The translations under genes and the position numbers were made by a program. DNA of 64,000 nt. Origin: Klebsormidium nitens (lineage: Eukaryota; Plantae; Klebsormidiophyceae). The notes under the pieces were generated by a model. It made no database searches and was not told the DNA's origin. It was given only the letters and a program-made list of their open reading frames with translations. Each line of letters opens with the position of its first letter. The stretch's first letter is position 1. The DNA is taken from positions 1 through 64,000 of the forward strand of contig DF237056.1 of assembly GCA_000708835.1 (NCBI GenBank), read 5' to 3'. Shown one piece after another: positions 49,033-60,209 of the stretch.

Positions 49033-52000
49033 ATGGCGCAAGCATACGCTGTAAGTGGTACGCAGGGCATCTTTTTCTCACTAGACCAGGTTAATCCCCG
49101 GCCAGCGGCCTCACAAAAAGGAGCGTCCTCTCACTTGCGCTGCAATTGTTCTCTCAGCATTGTGCAACCGTCAGCGAAGAACTCTCCTACCTTGTCTCTC
49201 AGCATCCTACGGAGACGGAATGCAGTGAGAGAAAGCTGTGTGCTAAAAAATCAAGCTCTCTGGCGGTTGCAAAAGATTAGCAAGAGAGCGTCAGTGGTCG
49301 CAGAAGCAGGGGGGGATGCGGAGACCACGACAGCAAGCAGACCGACGGAAGGTCCACCGTCTGCAAAAGAATGTGTGGAAGAGGGGTTGAAACTGTTCCA
49401 GAAAGGGAGGGTGAGCAGGCACTGCTCATTGAAAGAATTCACAAGCAGGTCTTTATTACACCAGTGCATGACAAAACTTAATGTTAGACTGCTTGAGGAA
49501 GTGTTCCAAGTATTCGTCCAGCTTGGTTATCAAGATGGGCCTCAGAAAGTCCCTATTTGCCCTAGACAATGTGTTTCAAGTATTGACAAGTGAAAGTTGG
49601 CCGATGATCCCTCCTGAGTCCTCCAGTCGGCTACATGCTATTTTCTTGTTGCTAGTGCAGGGTAAGATTTGAAGTGTAAGTTGAGGCATCGGCTCATGAG
49701 GCAAGGTCCAGTCTGGAGCTCTCCAGTTGTCTTATCAACTTTTGACTTGTCTAATCTGCACAATCCCCTGAGAACTTTCCTCACGTTCTCCCAAATTGCA
49801 CAACTTGTGTCAATGTGGGCCGTCCGGATGCACTTGAGATGCCGTAGCCCGTCACTTTTGAAAGCAAGTTCAAAGTTCAGGATTAACGACTCCAGTAGAC
49901 TCTTTGTACCACCATGCCCTTTCAAAGGGCCCATTCTCCTCTTAGAACAACTTCAAGCTTCTGAGTATTCCGTTCACTAACATACAACACAATTATGAGG
50001 TCAGCCCTGACTGACCAAAGTGTTGCAGGTTAATCCTCAATAAGTCCTCTGCTCAAGCCATCTTTACGCAACTGCTTTGCAGATTCGAGATGCTCTCAGC
50101 AATTTCGACCGTGCGCTGGACCTGAGCCCCAAAGACGAGGAAGCCCAGGCGGCCCTGTACAACAAGGCCTGCTGTCATGTCCAGAGGGAGGAGTGGGGGC
50201 CTGCTTATGATGCCCTGCGCGTCAGCCTGTCAACCTACAATCTCAAGTTTAGCACCATTTTAAACGATCCCGACATGGCCCCATTCCGAGCGACAAAGGA
50301 GTTCACCAAGCTGAGGAATCAGGTGAGAAGGACGCGATCGAAACATGTTGCGTTTAGGACGATTATATTAGTCCCCATGACTCTTGTGGCGTCCGTGTCC
50401 CTTCATGCTTGCTTCCTTCATCTATGTTGGAGATGAGCTTTGCAGTCTGCATGTTGGCGCTTGGCTATCCACTCTGCCGGAACTGGTATTGAATCATTGG
50501 AAAGGTGGAGCGTTTTGAGTATCAGAATACCGACGTGCCATCTCGCATTCATCTCAAGCCTGTCGACTTGATAGCCAACGAAGCGCCAAGACAGAATCGA
50601 CTTGGGAAAAGGATGCTGTCGTAAAGCTTAACACTGCTTGATTTTTGCGCAGTTGACCTGCCCTTCCACAAGTTAGCAATCGAGTTGCCCCCGAAGCATG
50701 TGTTAATCACCAGAGCAAATCATGTGCTTCCTGACTGTGGTTCGTGACTCGTCGCGCACAGATACATCAAGCATGCATCTACCCACTGGGCAAGAATCTC
50801 TTTTAGAAGAACATGGAAATTCGACTCATTCTATAAGATGGAAACCTCTTGCAGGCTCGTGAGGGGGGGCAGGAGATTGGGCAGGGCTACCGGCGCGACC
50901 TCAAGCTGATCAGCGAGGTCCAGGCGCCTTTTCGGGGAGTTCGCCTTTTCGCCTATGCAGGCCTGAGCGCTGCCGCTGGCATTGCGACGCTGTTCACGAT
51001 TCCACGTCTGATCAACGCTGTCAAAGGCGGAGAGGGCGCGCTGCCACTGCTGCCAGAGTTGCAGGTGAGCCCCTCGCAGCTCATGGATGGATGGAGACGC
51101 ATATTGCAGCTCGGTTCCCAAGAGATTACAAAGATCAAGGATCAGTGGCAGTGTGGTTCGCAGGATCTGCTGTTTGTTACTCGCTGCCCTCCTTGTTCCT
51201 TGCAGACTAATGTTTCCAACTCTGTTTTGGGGAATCTCGAACATCTTCGACTCTGATCGTTGAGCGAGCCAATACTGGCTTGCTTGCATGTGTTTGTCCA
51301 TCCGTCTTGAGAGATAGACTTCCATTCTTGATCGGAACATGCGGCCGAAGCAAGAGAGCGTCTGGAGACCTCGAGAGCGGAGAAGGAGTTCGTAAAGCAA
51401 AAGCAGTGCCTCCATTTGATTTGGAAAATACTACTGTCGCGAGTTAGGGAGACGGACAGAAGAGAAGACGAAAGATCGAAGCATGAGACCCATATCACTT
51501 TTCTCTATAAAGAACTTTAGATCTATGCGGGTGCCATCATGCTTTCCATTGCTCTTTACGGCTGAAACATGTGTAAGGAAGAGATTGTGTTCCGATACAT
51601 CTCGATACTTCAGATCAAGAAAATCAGAGCTCTATTTCCTTACTTTCCGCTACAGAACATTGGGATTGACATCGGCGGCATTGCGGTATTCGTTGCACTG
51701 TTCATCTGGGACAAGCGGAAGGAGAACGAGCAACTAGAGCGGATTGCGCGTGACGAAACTCTGTCGCGGCTACCGCTACGATTGCAGTCCGGCAAGCTGG
51801 TGGAGCTCAGTCAGTTGCGGGAGAACACGCGGCCGGTAAGACATTCGCTCGTGTGCCTTTTGTGAACGTTTGTGCGTTCTTGACTGGATTGTATACGAGG
51901 CTCTCGGCACGTCTTCTATTTTCGGTTTTGACTCGAGCTCAACCGATTGGAGGAGATGTCAACTGGTGAGATGTCAATTGGTGAGAATCTTCGTAAGACT

Positions 52001-53975
52001 CTCCATCCGTTTTACTCGGTTGTGAGATCCACGGGGGCTCGTCAAAAAGTTACTCTGATCGTCGACGTTTGTAATTGTTCGATTTTCGTTGCCCCTTTCA
52101 CCAGGACGCTACTTACTTGGATATTGTATTGATCAACGGACAGGTTGTGGGAATGTAGACAGTGGAATCTGCCTGGCGCGTCTTCGAAAGAAGGCTTGGC
52201 ACATGGAAACCATTCCCCCTTCAGTGGCTACAAATCGCGAAGCCTTTCGAATGTTCGTTTGGCTCTATCACTGAAGTTTCAGTCTGTAAGTCGTAAGTTT
52301 GTGCGATCGGAGGAAGCTGATTCTGCAGCTGCATTTCATCTACCTACCTGACTTGGATGTGTGTGCAACCTTCTGATCAACGGTTGAGTACTCGTTTTTG
52401 AAACATCAGCATCTGCAAGTGGCTCGACCTGCTTCTCCTAATACCTCTCGCCTTTTGGGTTCTGGCCACTCACAGAATCACTGCTTCTAGTGTCGAGAAT
52501 ATCCCTCGCATCATATAGCGGTCGACCCCACGATGTTTATAGTAACATCGTTTGAGTGACTCTCGTTTGGAGAGTGCGTGCTGACACTCATAAGTCAGGG
52601 CATATGCTACGGTGCAGCGTGTCAACGATCCCGGACAGGACTGAAATTCGACAAGAACGAGAGTGCAATTTTTTTGTACATTCTTCGTAGTACTTTGTAG
52701 TCATTTGAGATCGGCTTTCGGACTTTTTGTATCATGCAGTGATACACATCCTCTGCGGTTTCTGCCAAGCGGAAAACCTTTGCAAGCCAAAATGGCTGGT
52801 AATCTAGCACCTATAGTCGTGCGGCAGCTGATCTGCGTTCCTGATCCAAGGAACGATCTTCGAAGCAGTTGCCGCCTACTTCAAAGTGGGATCAGGAACC
52901 AGAAAACATTATTTGAGGGGTGTTGCTGTAATTATCTGCCCGGCGGATGCCTCCAGTCGATGCCGCTCGCCCCTCTTGCCTTGCCGAACACTGCCCCCTA
53001 GCTCGCACATGGATGGAGTAGCCACAGACACACCCGGTTTCGAGTCATCGGCGATACTTTTCCATCATCGAGGTAACCATGTCAAGACTACCGTCCCCCT
53101 GTGTTCCCAACCGGCGCGTTTGAGCACTCCAACGAAGCCACTAGAGCAGCTAGAGATGAAAATTTCAGCTTTTCGTTCCAAGAATCGAATGAGAAAACTG
53201 CTGAAGCATACCTCCCCCTGCAGCTCATCCTGGTGGGCGACAAGGCATCCCTCGAGCGGACTCTCAAAAAGGCCGAGAGGTACCGTACCGAGCTCTTGGC
53301 GCGAGGAGTGCTCATTTGTCCGCTCGCGTGGGGGGCGGGCGCGGAACAGCTGGCGCGCAAGCCAAAAGGTTTCGCGCCCCTTCCCAAGAAAGTCAAGAAA
53401 GCAAGTCCGACGATGGTGAGAAAGACGTTCGCAAGGCGCTTACAGCGGCTTTGAGTGCAGCCTTTGTAAGGCAGGTCGATGAAAACATCAGTTGTTAGTC
53501 CGATGAAGCCAAGTACCTTCTCGAGTGATTGTTGGACGCGTTTCTCGATGGGCAGGGAAGCGAGCTTCCTATGACTTGGCAAGAATTTCAGAGACCCACT
53601 TTCCATTTTTGCCGGCCAGAATTCCGTGCACGTGAAAAGCGTTCGTCTGGCAACCCTTCGTTGCAGACTTGCTCACTCTGACTGGACACCCGTACGCAGG
53701 ACGATTTTGAGAGCCGGCTGAAAGCTCAAACGGCCAAGTCGATTGGCGAAGTCGAGCGGAGATACCGGGCCGAAGTCGTGTCTCCAGCTGAGTGGGAGCA
53801 GTGGGTGCGCGAGCAGCAGTCTGTAGCAAAAGACGTAAAGCCGGGGGAAGATGTATACATTATTTTGCGGTTAGACGGGCGGGTTAGGAGAAGTGGGCGG
53901 GGCATGCCTGACTGGGAAGGTATCCTTGGTGAGCTTCCCGAGTTAGATTCCGTGTTGAGCAAGCTGGAAAGGTAA
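49033..53975 (+). CDS. LPA1: LOW PSII ACCUMULATION 1, chloroplast TPR thylakoid protein for PSII assembly
   Basis: Transit-peptide-like N-terminus, then SAKECVEEGLKLFQKGR, AQAALYNKACCH, YNLKFSTILNDPDMAPFRA, RRDLKLISEVQAPFRGVRLF, RDETLSRLPLRL, ERYRTELLARGVL and EDVYIILRLDGRVRRSGRGMPDW..LSKLER*, collinear with plant LPA1. Confidence 0.95.
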
Positions 53976-55926
53976 CCTAGAGTGAGTTGAAGTGAAAGGA
54001 GTCAGTATCTTAGCAACATAATGTGAACTTGTTTTTGGATGCTTCCCAAACCGTCTAAACCGTCACATGCTTCTCGGGTTTGAGGGCCAGACCCTGTTCA
54101 TGTTGTCCTGGCAGCACATCCTTGGTTTCTTGGATACCTCTAATTAAGGGCTGTTTTTCACTGCAAGGGTTGTATATACGCCCTTCCGCGGAGGGGCAAC
54201 TGAAGCGCTTCCGGGATTCGGAAGCTGCATATGCGTGTAACACTGGCATAAATCTACTGTCTACTTGCGATTGCATGATGAGCTAGCCTCGATCGAGCTT
54301 TAGCTTTAACCGTCCGCGTCCTATGCCGCCGCGCGGCACAGCAATTAAGCATGCGCAAGGTGCCTGTAGTATAGTTGATGCATGGTGCATCCGCGTGACA
54401 AACACCGTCCACATATACATCTGGCCGTACGGCCCGCGGCCCAAACCATCATTGATGCATCAGGCTTGGATCGCACAGCTAGTTAACTGCCCCCGCTAGC
54501 GCGTATCCGCAATAATACGCCTGATCTGTCGCGATAGCTGCTTGCATGAAGTGAGTCAATGCAAGCGGTGAGCGCAAGCTGTAATTGCAGCCGCGCGCCC
54601 AGAGCGTGCTTATGAGTCCAACCATTCTGTATACACGCATCGCAAATCGATCCGATAGTATCGATCGCGGTCACTAAAGTCGGCTCACGTCGAAGTGCAC
54701 GACATCTGACTTGCATCATCAGCTGCTATATAAATTAAGCAGATATAGTACCGCTATGCGCGGCAGGCGTCGGACGGCGAGATTTTATATATATGATACG
54801 GGCAGTATCATATTTATTGATCCTGCGTCCGACAGGACTAACCACTCGATCCGTTGACAGGACAGCTAGGGCGCGACATCGGCAAAGCCCGGCGCGCATC
54901 AGTGCCCAATCGGTAAAGGTTGACCGGACTGAGGGTGACATATGACACAAGAAGTTCCCTAAATAGTTGGACATGGCATCCCAAGCGGGACTCGAGCGTG
55001 CGGTAGTGACTTTGTCAACGCGTGACAAGCCTTCCTTGGCTTTCAAGCTCCCGGTACAGACTCGCCTCTTCAATCAACGGGTGGAAATTGTACACGTCAA
55101 CTTTCGTAACCTGCATGCACAGAGGATGCGACAATCAATTTGACAATCAGTGGTCCGGGTTCCAGGGCATTTGGATTTGAAAGTACCCACAGATTCCTGC
55201 TCGTCACGACTCAAAGCGGTTCCTTCCTGCCAACGTGCCAAACGCACTGAGCCGGTTCATGAGATACCCAAGTTCGAAAACGTCTTTGATTCCACTTTGG
55301 TACGAAATAGCGTCATTCAAATTCTGCTGGGTTTAGCAAAACAATCATGTTGATGTAAGTTGTCTGGAAGCCAACTTTCTGTACGTCTAATTTAATCAAC
55401 AGAAATCGACCCGGCTGATTAGGCCGGCAAGTGTCCTCCTTCCGTACTTTGCGTCGAAATAAACAAACCAGGGACCATGAAGCTAGTTCCGGCATACTCG
55501 ATAAGTCCTTTGATAATATGGAAGATTAGACGGAGACTAACGTAGTGTCGGATGCGCATTCGCGCCTGATGTAGATTCAAAAGGTTTTCCAACTGCTCTA
55601 GTCGAGACATTAAGCAATTTGCCTGTTCGCTAGTACCTGTTCCAATTTTTCCCTTTTGCTTTGGTTAATCGTCTTTACACCGACAGCTTGGAGATTCTGG
55701 AAGACAGACACGAGAACTGATGCCGAAGGCTGTAAAAGCGGCCCTTGTTTTAATCCGCGTTGCACGCAACCCGTTTTCCTTGTCCGAAGACCACAGGAAT
55801 GCGTACGTTTCAACAAGAGGCTTATTTTTCCAAAGTATTCAGCAGACACAAGTAGGACAGTGGTCAGATCGACCGAGAAGATCAGCCTCCATCATTCAAA
55901 AGCTTTGGAAGATTTGTGATGCGCAC

Positions 55927-58900
55927 CTTTTCGGGCAGAACGTTGAAGTAGTGGAATCGACTGGAGTTGTGACTGCACGAGATCTCTCAGTGGAGTCAGT
56001 CTCGTTTTTGGATGACGGGCGAGAGTAAGAGCAAACAAGCTCCGCACAATAGCAATTTATCTCTGAGGGACTCTGAAACGACGTGTTATCCAAGCTACTT
56101 TATCCATTGCAGAGAAGTGGACGCCGATTTCGAGTTGTTGACACGTCGCATCTTTTTTTCCGAAACGCTGAGCAGCTTGTTCAGGACTTGTTTGGAACGT
56201 ATATCTCAAGGAAAATTTTTGATTCGAGCTCACCAGGAAACCATCAAAAACATGAAGCTTAAAAGATCACACAACGTTCACACACCTTCATGCACATTTT
56301 CGCCCGATCAAACCCACTATTTCAATTGACCGTCAAATCAGAGTCTACATGCAAGCAAGACTACGTTTTGATACGAGAGCTTATCAGCGTACCTGAAGCC
56401 GAATAAATGGACGGAGGAGCAAAAGTGGAGAGCCAGGACCACGCCCGCGAATCCGGTGCTCGGCTTGACCTTCCTGTATCCCAGCCATTCCCTACACCAC
56501 GTAGCGGGAACAAGTCAGACTCAAACAGCGTGGTAAAGATATGCCTTGATGAGCTGTCCACGAGGACAAACTGCCAACTTTTCACGCTTCTTTCGTCCCA
56601 CGTATGCACTCATAGGCCGCGGAATGGGCTTCTTTGAGCAACTTGGAGCAGAAGATTGTTGTCCGCGCCGAGAGTTTCTATTAACGATTCAGTCTGAAAG
56701 CAAAGCACGGGATATCAATCGGTGTTCTGACATCGACTCTCGCTAGATAGCTTGATTTGGAGCTCAGCTTAGAAGCTTTTCGACGAACGGGGCACCTGTA
56801 CGACTATGTGAAAGCAAGGCGAGTGGCTCACCACACGTGGCACCACCACTCAGGGTGAAAGAGGAACGCGGGGCTGGGGCCACGTGGCTGCTGGTGGTGC
56901 AAAAATTTTCGGACGTCGCGTTGGCTGCGGACGGTGTACAGCGCGAGCGTGCCCCGCGCGTGGGGCCAGTGCAGGAAGTCCATGTTCAGGATGCGGATCG
57001 TGGTCTTCCGCCCGACGTGAGTCTCGTACCTGCGGAAACGGAACACTTGCTGGAATCGAGTTCTTGTCTGAGGAAGAGTCCCAAAGTTCAAAGAGATCCG
57101 GGATGAGCGAAAGTGCACATTCCTTCAATTTCTGCCAAAATAGAGCAAGAAAAGAGGAAAAGAAAGTACATTTGGTCAGCAGATGGAGACAGGGTTTGAG
57201 ATCTCTGAAGAGGACCTTCAAACGAAGTGAGCACAGTACCTGCAAGCTGTCTTCCATATTCACGCTAATAACACTCGGCTTACTGGCCTTGCGAGCAACT
57301 TGGCGGAGATCGAAGCGATGTATGAACAGGCTCTCGAAAAGAGTCGTGTCCAGTACTGAACGGGCCAACCAGAGGCGCTGACGTACCCCCGTGTGGGTGC
57401 GGCGTTGAAGCGGATAATTGTGTCGAAGCCGTCGATCTCTGCCCCGTGCGCGTGATCGAGAAGGTCGCCGCTGTTGCCCACCACAGCACAGCGCCTGCGA
57501 AAAGCGGGTGATGTCAGTGATTGCGCATGAAAGCAACCGCCTGCTTCTTTCAAGAGAAAGACTTTCGGGTGTATTGTGAAGGACTTCGAGATGATCCTGT
57601 ACTTGCACCTTGCCGAGGTCTGGTCGCAGCAGCTCCGTGGCTCAAAGGTTGTGACGTCCTCCGAATGAAAATCGAACAGCATAACGCTGTTAGCAACAAA
57701 TCGAACCAGCGGCGACCAGCAGTTTATCACGCAAGCAAAGCGGCTACTCCTTGCATGACCAGGGCGAATGCCAGCATGGATTCGATCCGGCGAGCGCGCT
57801 GCGCAACAACGGAGCGGCAGTTCCTTGAGTCGTCTCATAGGAGAACAGCGCTTCACAAATGTAGCCCAAATTAGGAAGCAGTGGATACTTGACGTCATGC
57901 GCGGACTCACTTGAGAGGAGCGTCTCCAACGGTTCTCTGCTCCGGCCGCCGCAATAGATCATTCTCTGGCAGAATTGCTTTGAGCCTGGCATCCGCTTGC
58001 GCCACCTCTTTCATCGTTGCAAACTCCACGGTGAGATTCCCCCCGCAAGAAAAAGCAAAGTCTTGGTTGCTCAAAGCCTTTTGGCTCAGCATCACTGGCA
58101 CATCGGTGTCAAGAAGCTCTTGGATTCGCTCAGCCCCTAGCTGATACTCGAGCCCATCTAAAAGGTCCTGTTTCTTTCCCTGACCAAGTTTTGTGGCCAC
58201 GAGCTTGCTAAAGACCCCAGAGCCTAAGACCTTTCTTTCATGCTTCTCCAATTCATTCTCTCGACCTAGTATTTCTTTTATTGTTCTTCCCCGATCGTGG
58301 TTGACTTTTGGAGCACCAGTTGCTCTGCTACCCGCTGAATCTGCGCAAGACGTCTGTCTTTCAGCGGAAGAGTTCCTCAGGTCCCTGTCCTCTTCCACTT
58401 GATGCCCTTCGATATGAGTCGTCTTCAGCGTTTCTTCAGCTCGGACGCTTTGCAATGACATCCCGCCAGAGTGTCTCTGGAAAAAGGAGGGACAAAATTG
58501 TTGCAAAGCTAACAGGGCCTTCCATGTGAATCCAACATAGTATGAAGCACCTTTACTGCTCACCCGATCACAGTCAGAAGTGTCAACTCTCTTTTTCCAA
58601 TTCAGAATGTTTCAAAGTGTGGAGTACTGATGCCGACCACTTCAATGGAACCCAGATCCTAAGGATCATCGGTCCCTGCACGACTGCTCACTAACATGGA
58701 AAAACCTGATTGTATTTTCCCCAGCATTCCAACCAACAGGAGCTCACCGTTCAAGCTTCCTGCTGCCACTAATTGACTCCTTACCATGACTTGCAATTCG
58801 TTCTGTTTGATGCAAAGAGCACTTGACTTAGAAAACTCAAGAAGCGCCGCACCTGTGCAACTCGTGGCTGCATTACTGTAAGGCACATCATTGTTCCCAA

Positions 58901-59036
58901 GACCCCCGCCATGCACAGGCACGCGGCTTGCCAATGCCACCACCCCTGCTTCTTTCTGTTCCTTTTCAGACTTTGGTGCCCCGCAGGAGGTGAGTGCGAC
59001 ATTTTCTGCCCCCGATGCTGAGTGGAGGGTCTCACT
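55927..59036 (-). CDS. Glycosyltransferase family 29 (sialyltransferase-like); both ends of the gene unresolved
   Basis: L-motif [45 protein letters not shown] (exons 57494-57387 and ~57030-56833), S-motif KPSTGFAGVVLALHFCSSVHLFGF (~56480-56395), motif III RFHYFN (55972-55927), and a long stem-region exon 58476-57913. Start codon and last exon not located. Confidence 0.85.
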
Positions 59037-60209
59037 GAAGTAAGCTTAGGTAACTTTTGGGAATAAAATGGTGGTATGTGCCCGCAACAGCTATATGGGT
59101 TCAGGTGTTAGCAGCGACTGAGTGATAAGTAGCAGAAACGTCCTAGAATGATTCGTGGTGACCACTTTTTGGTCGAGGCCTCTTGCAAAGAGGCTTGCTG
59201 TTGGGCTTGACCTTTGGTCCAGGGCACTCAGACATTTCATCCTACTGTCATACTGCAGGTGGCAAGCTCTTTGACGTTGTGCATTTTTCTGCAGCTAGAG
59301 AATGCATCACTGACTGCACCAGCAGCTGCCGCTGCTCTATGCTAAGCAAGCTGTGAATATACTTTAGCTGCTTAGAACACGATTAAGTGACAATGCAAGT
59401 GGCTTGTTGCCTAAGAGAATGATACTTGAGCTGTGAGCCTGCTGTGAGTGGGCTGTGAGATCGAGCTCTTCGGGTCTTTTTGGACAAAGCAAGACGGCTC
59501 TGGCCAGGGAGAAATTTGCAAGAGTGTCAAATCAGCTGCCACGCATTTGACAGGAGCTTTGGAGCTGCAGTAGGGGTCTCTGCAGTAGGCTAATCACATA
59601 TAGTCACCCAACGTGCACAGTAAAAAGTTAAAGTCTCAGCAAAACTGAGCATGTGCACTAGGACTCCTACACTGTGTACAACGTCCAAGGACCAAGGACG
59701 GAGCGAGAAAGTGTTCATTAAAGTAGGATACGGTACCGGGCAAAAGTTCCACCCACGCCGACGGAGTACCTAGATCGTCCGTTGATGGGTACACGTGGCA
59801 AATACTACAAAGATGTGTTGCGTCGACGCACACGAAAGCAGAAAGAAGCCCGCTGTAATGCATACCCTTCAGAGTGCTCATGCAGTACATGATCATGATG
59901 TGCTGATCGAGGAGGTATGGTAGTATTGGCCCAGGTGGCTCAAGATTGCATCTGTCCATCCTGGTTGTCCGATGCGCTAGCCTTAGGAGCCTAGGACAGT
60001 TCTCAAGAAAGGAAGAGCCAGGGGTGGACAAGACGGTGGGCGTTTGAATCAGCATTTTTGCACCACCGAGGGCAGCTGTACGCCCATTGCTGCAAAAAGG
60101 AATGTCACTCTAAGCTTCATATCAAATCGGTCGATCAGCATCAAATGCATGGTACGGGGCAGAGATACCTCAGTTGCATAGCTGGCCACATTGCGGCCTG
60201 CTTTTTATA

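Noticed and set aside
54200-55100. Helitron or structured ncRNA in palindrome-rich spacers (also ~9600-10100 and ~44500-45100)
   Set aside because: Short GATC/CATG/TGCA palindromes are frequent, but I found no defined termini, long hairpin or shared homology.
33720-59036. SLC35F6-like plus GT29 as a sialylation gene cluster
   Set aside because: They are about 15 kb apart with three unrelated genes between them, and no sialic-acid or Kdo synthesis genes are present.
59636-60055. 139-aa minus-strand ORF as the GT29 first exon
   Set aside because: No clear signal-anchor helix and no in-phase splice path to the next exon could be established.
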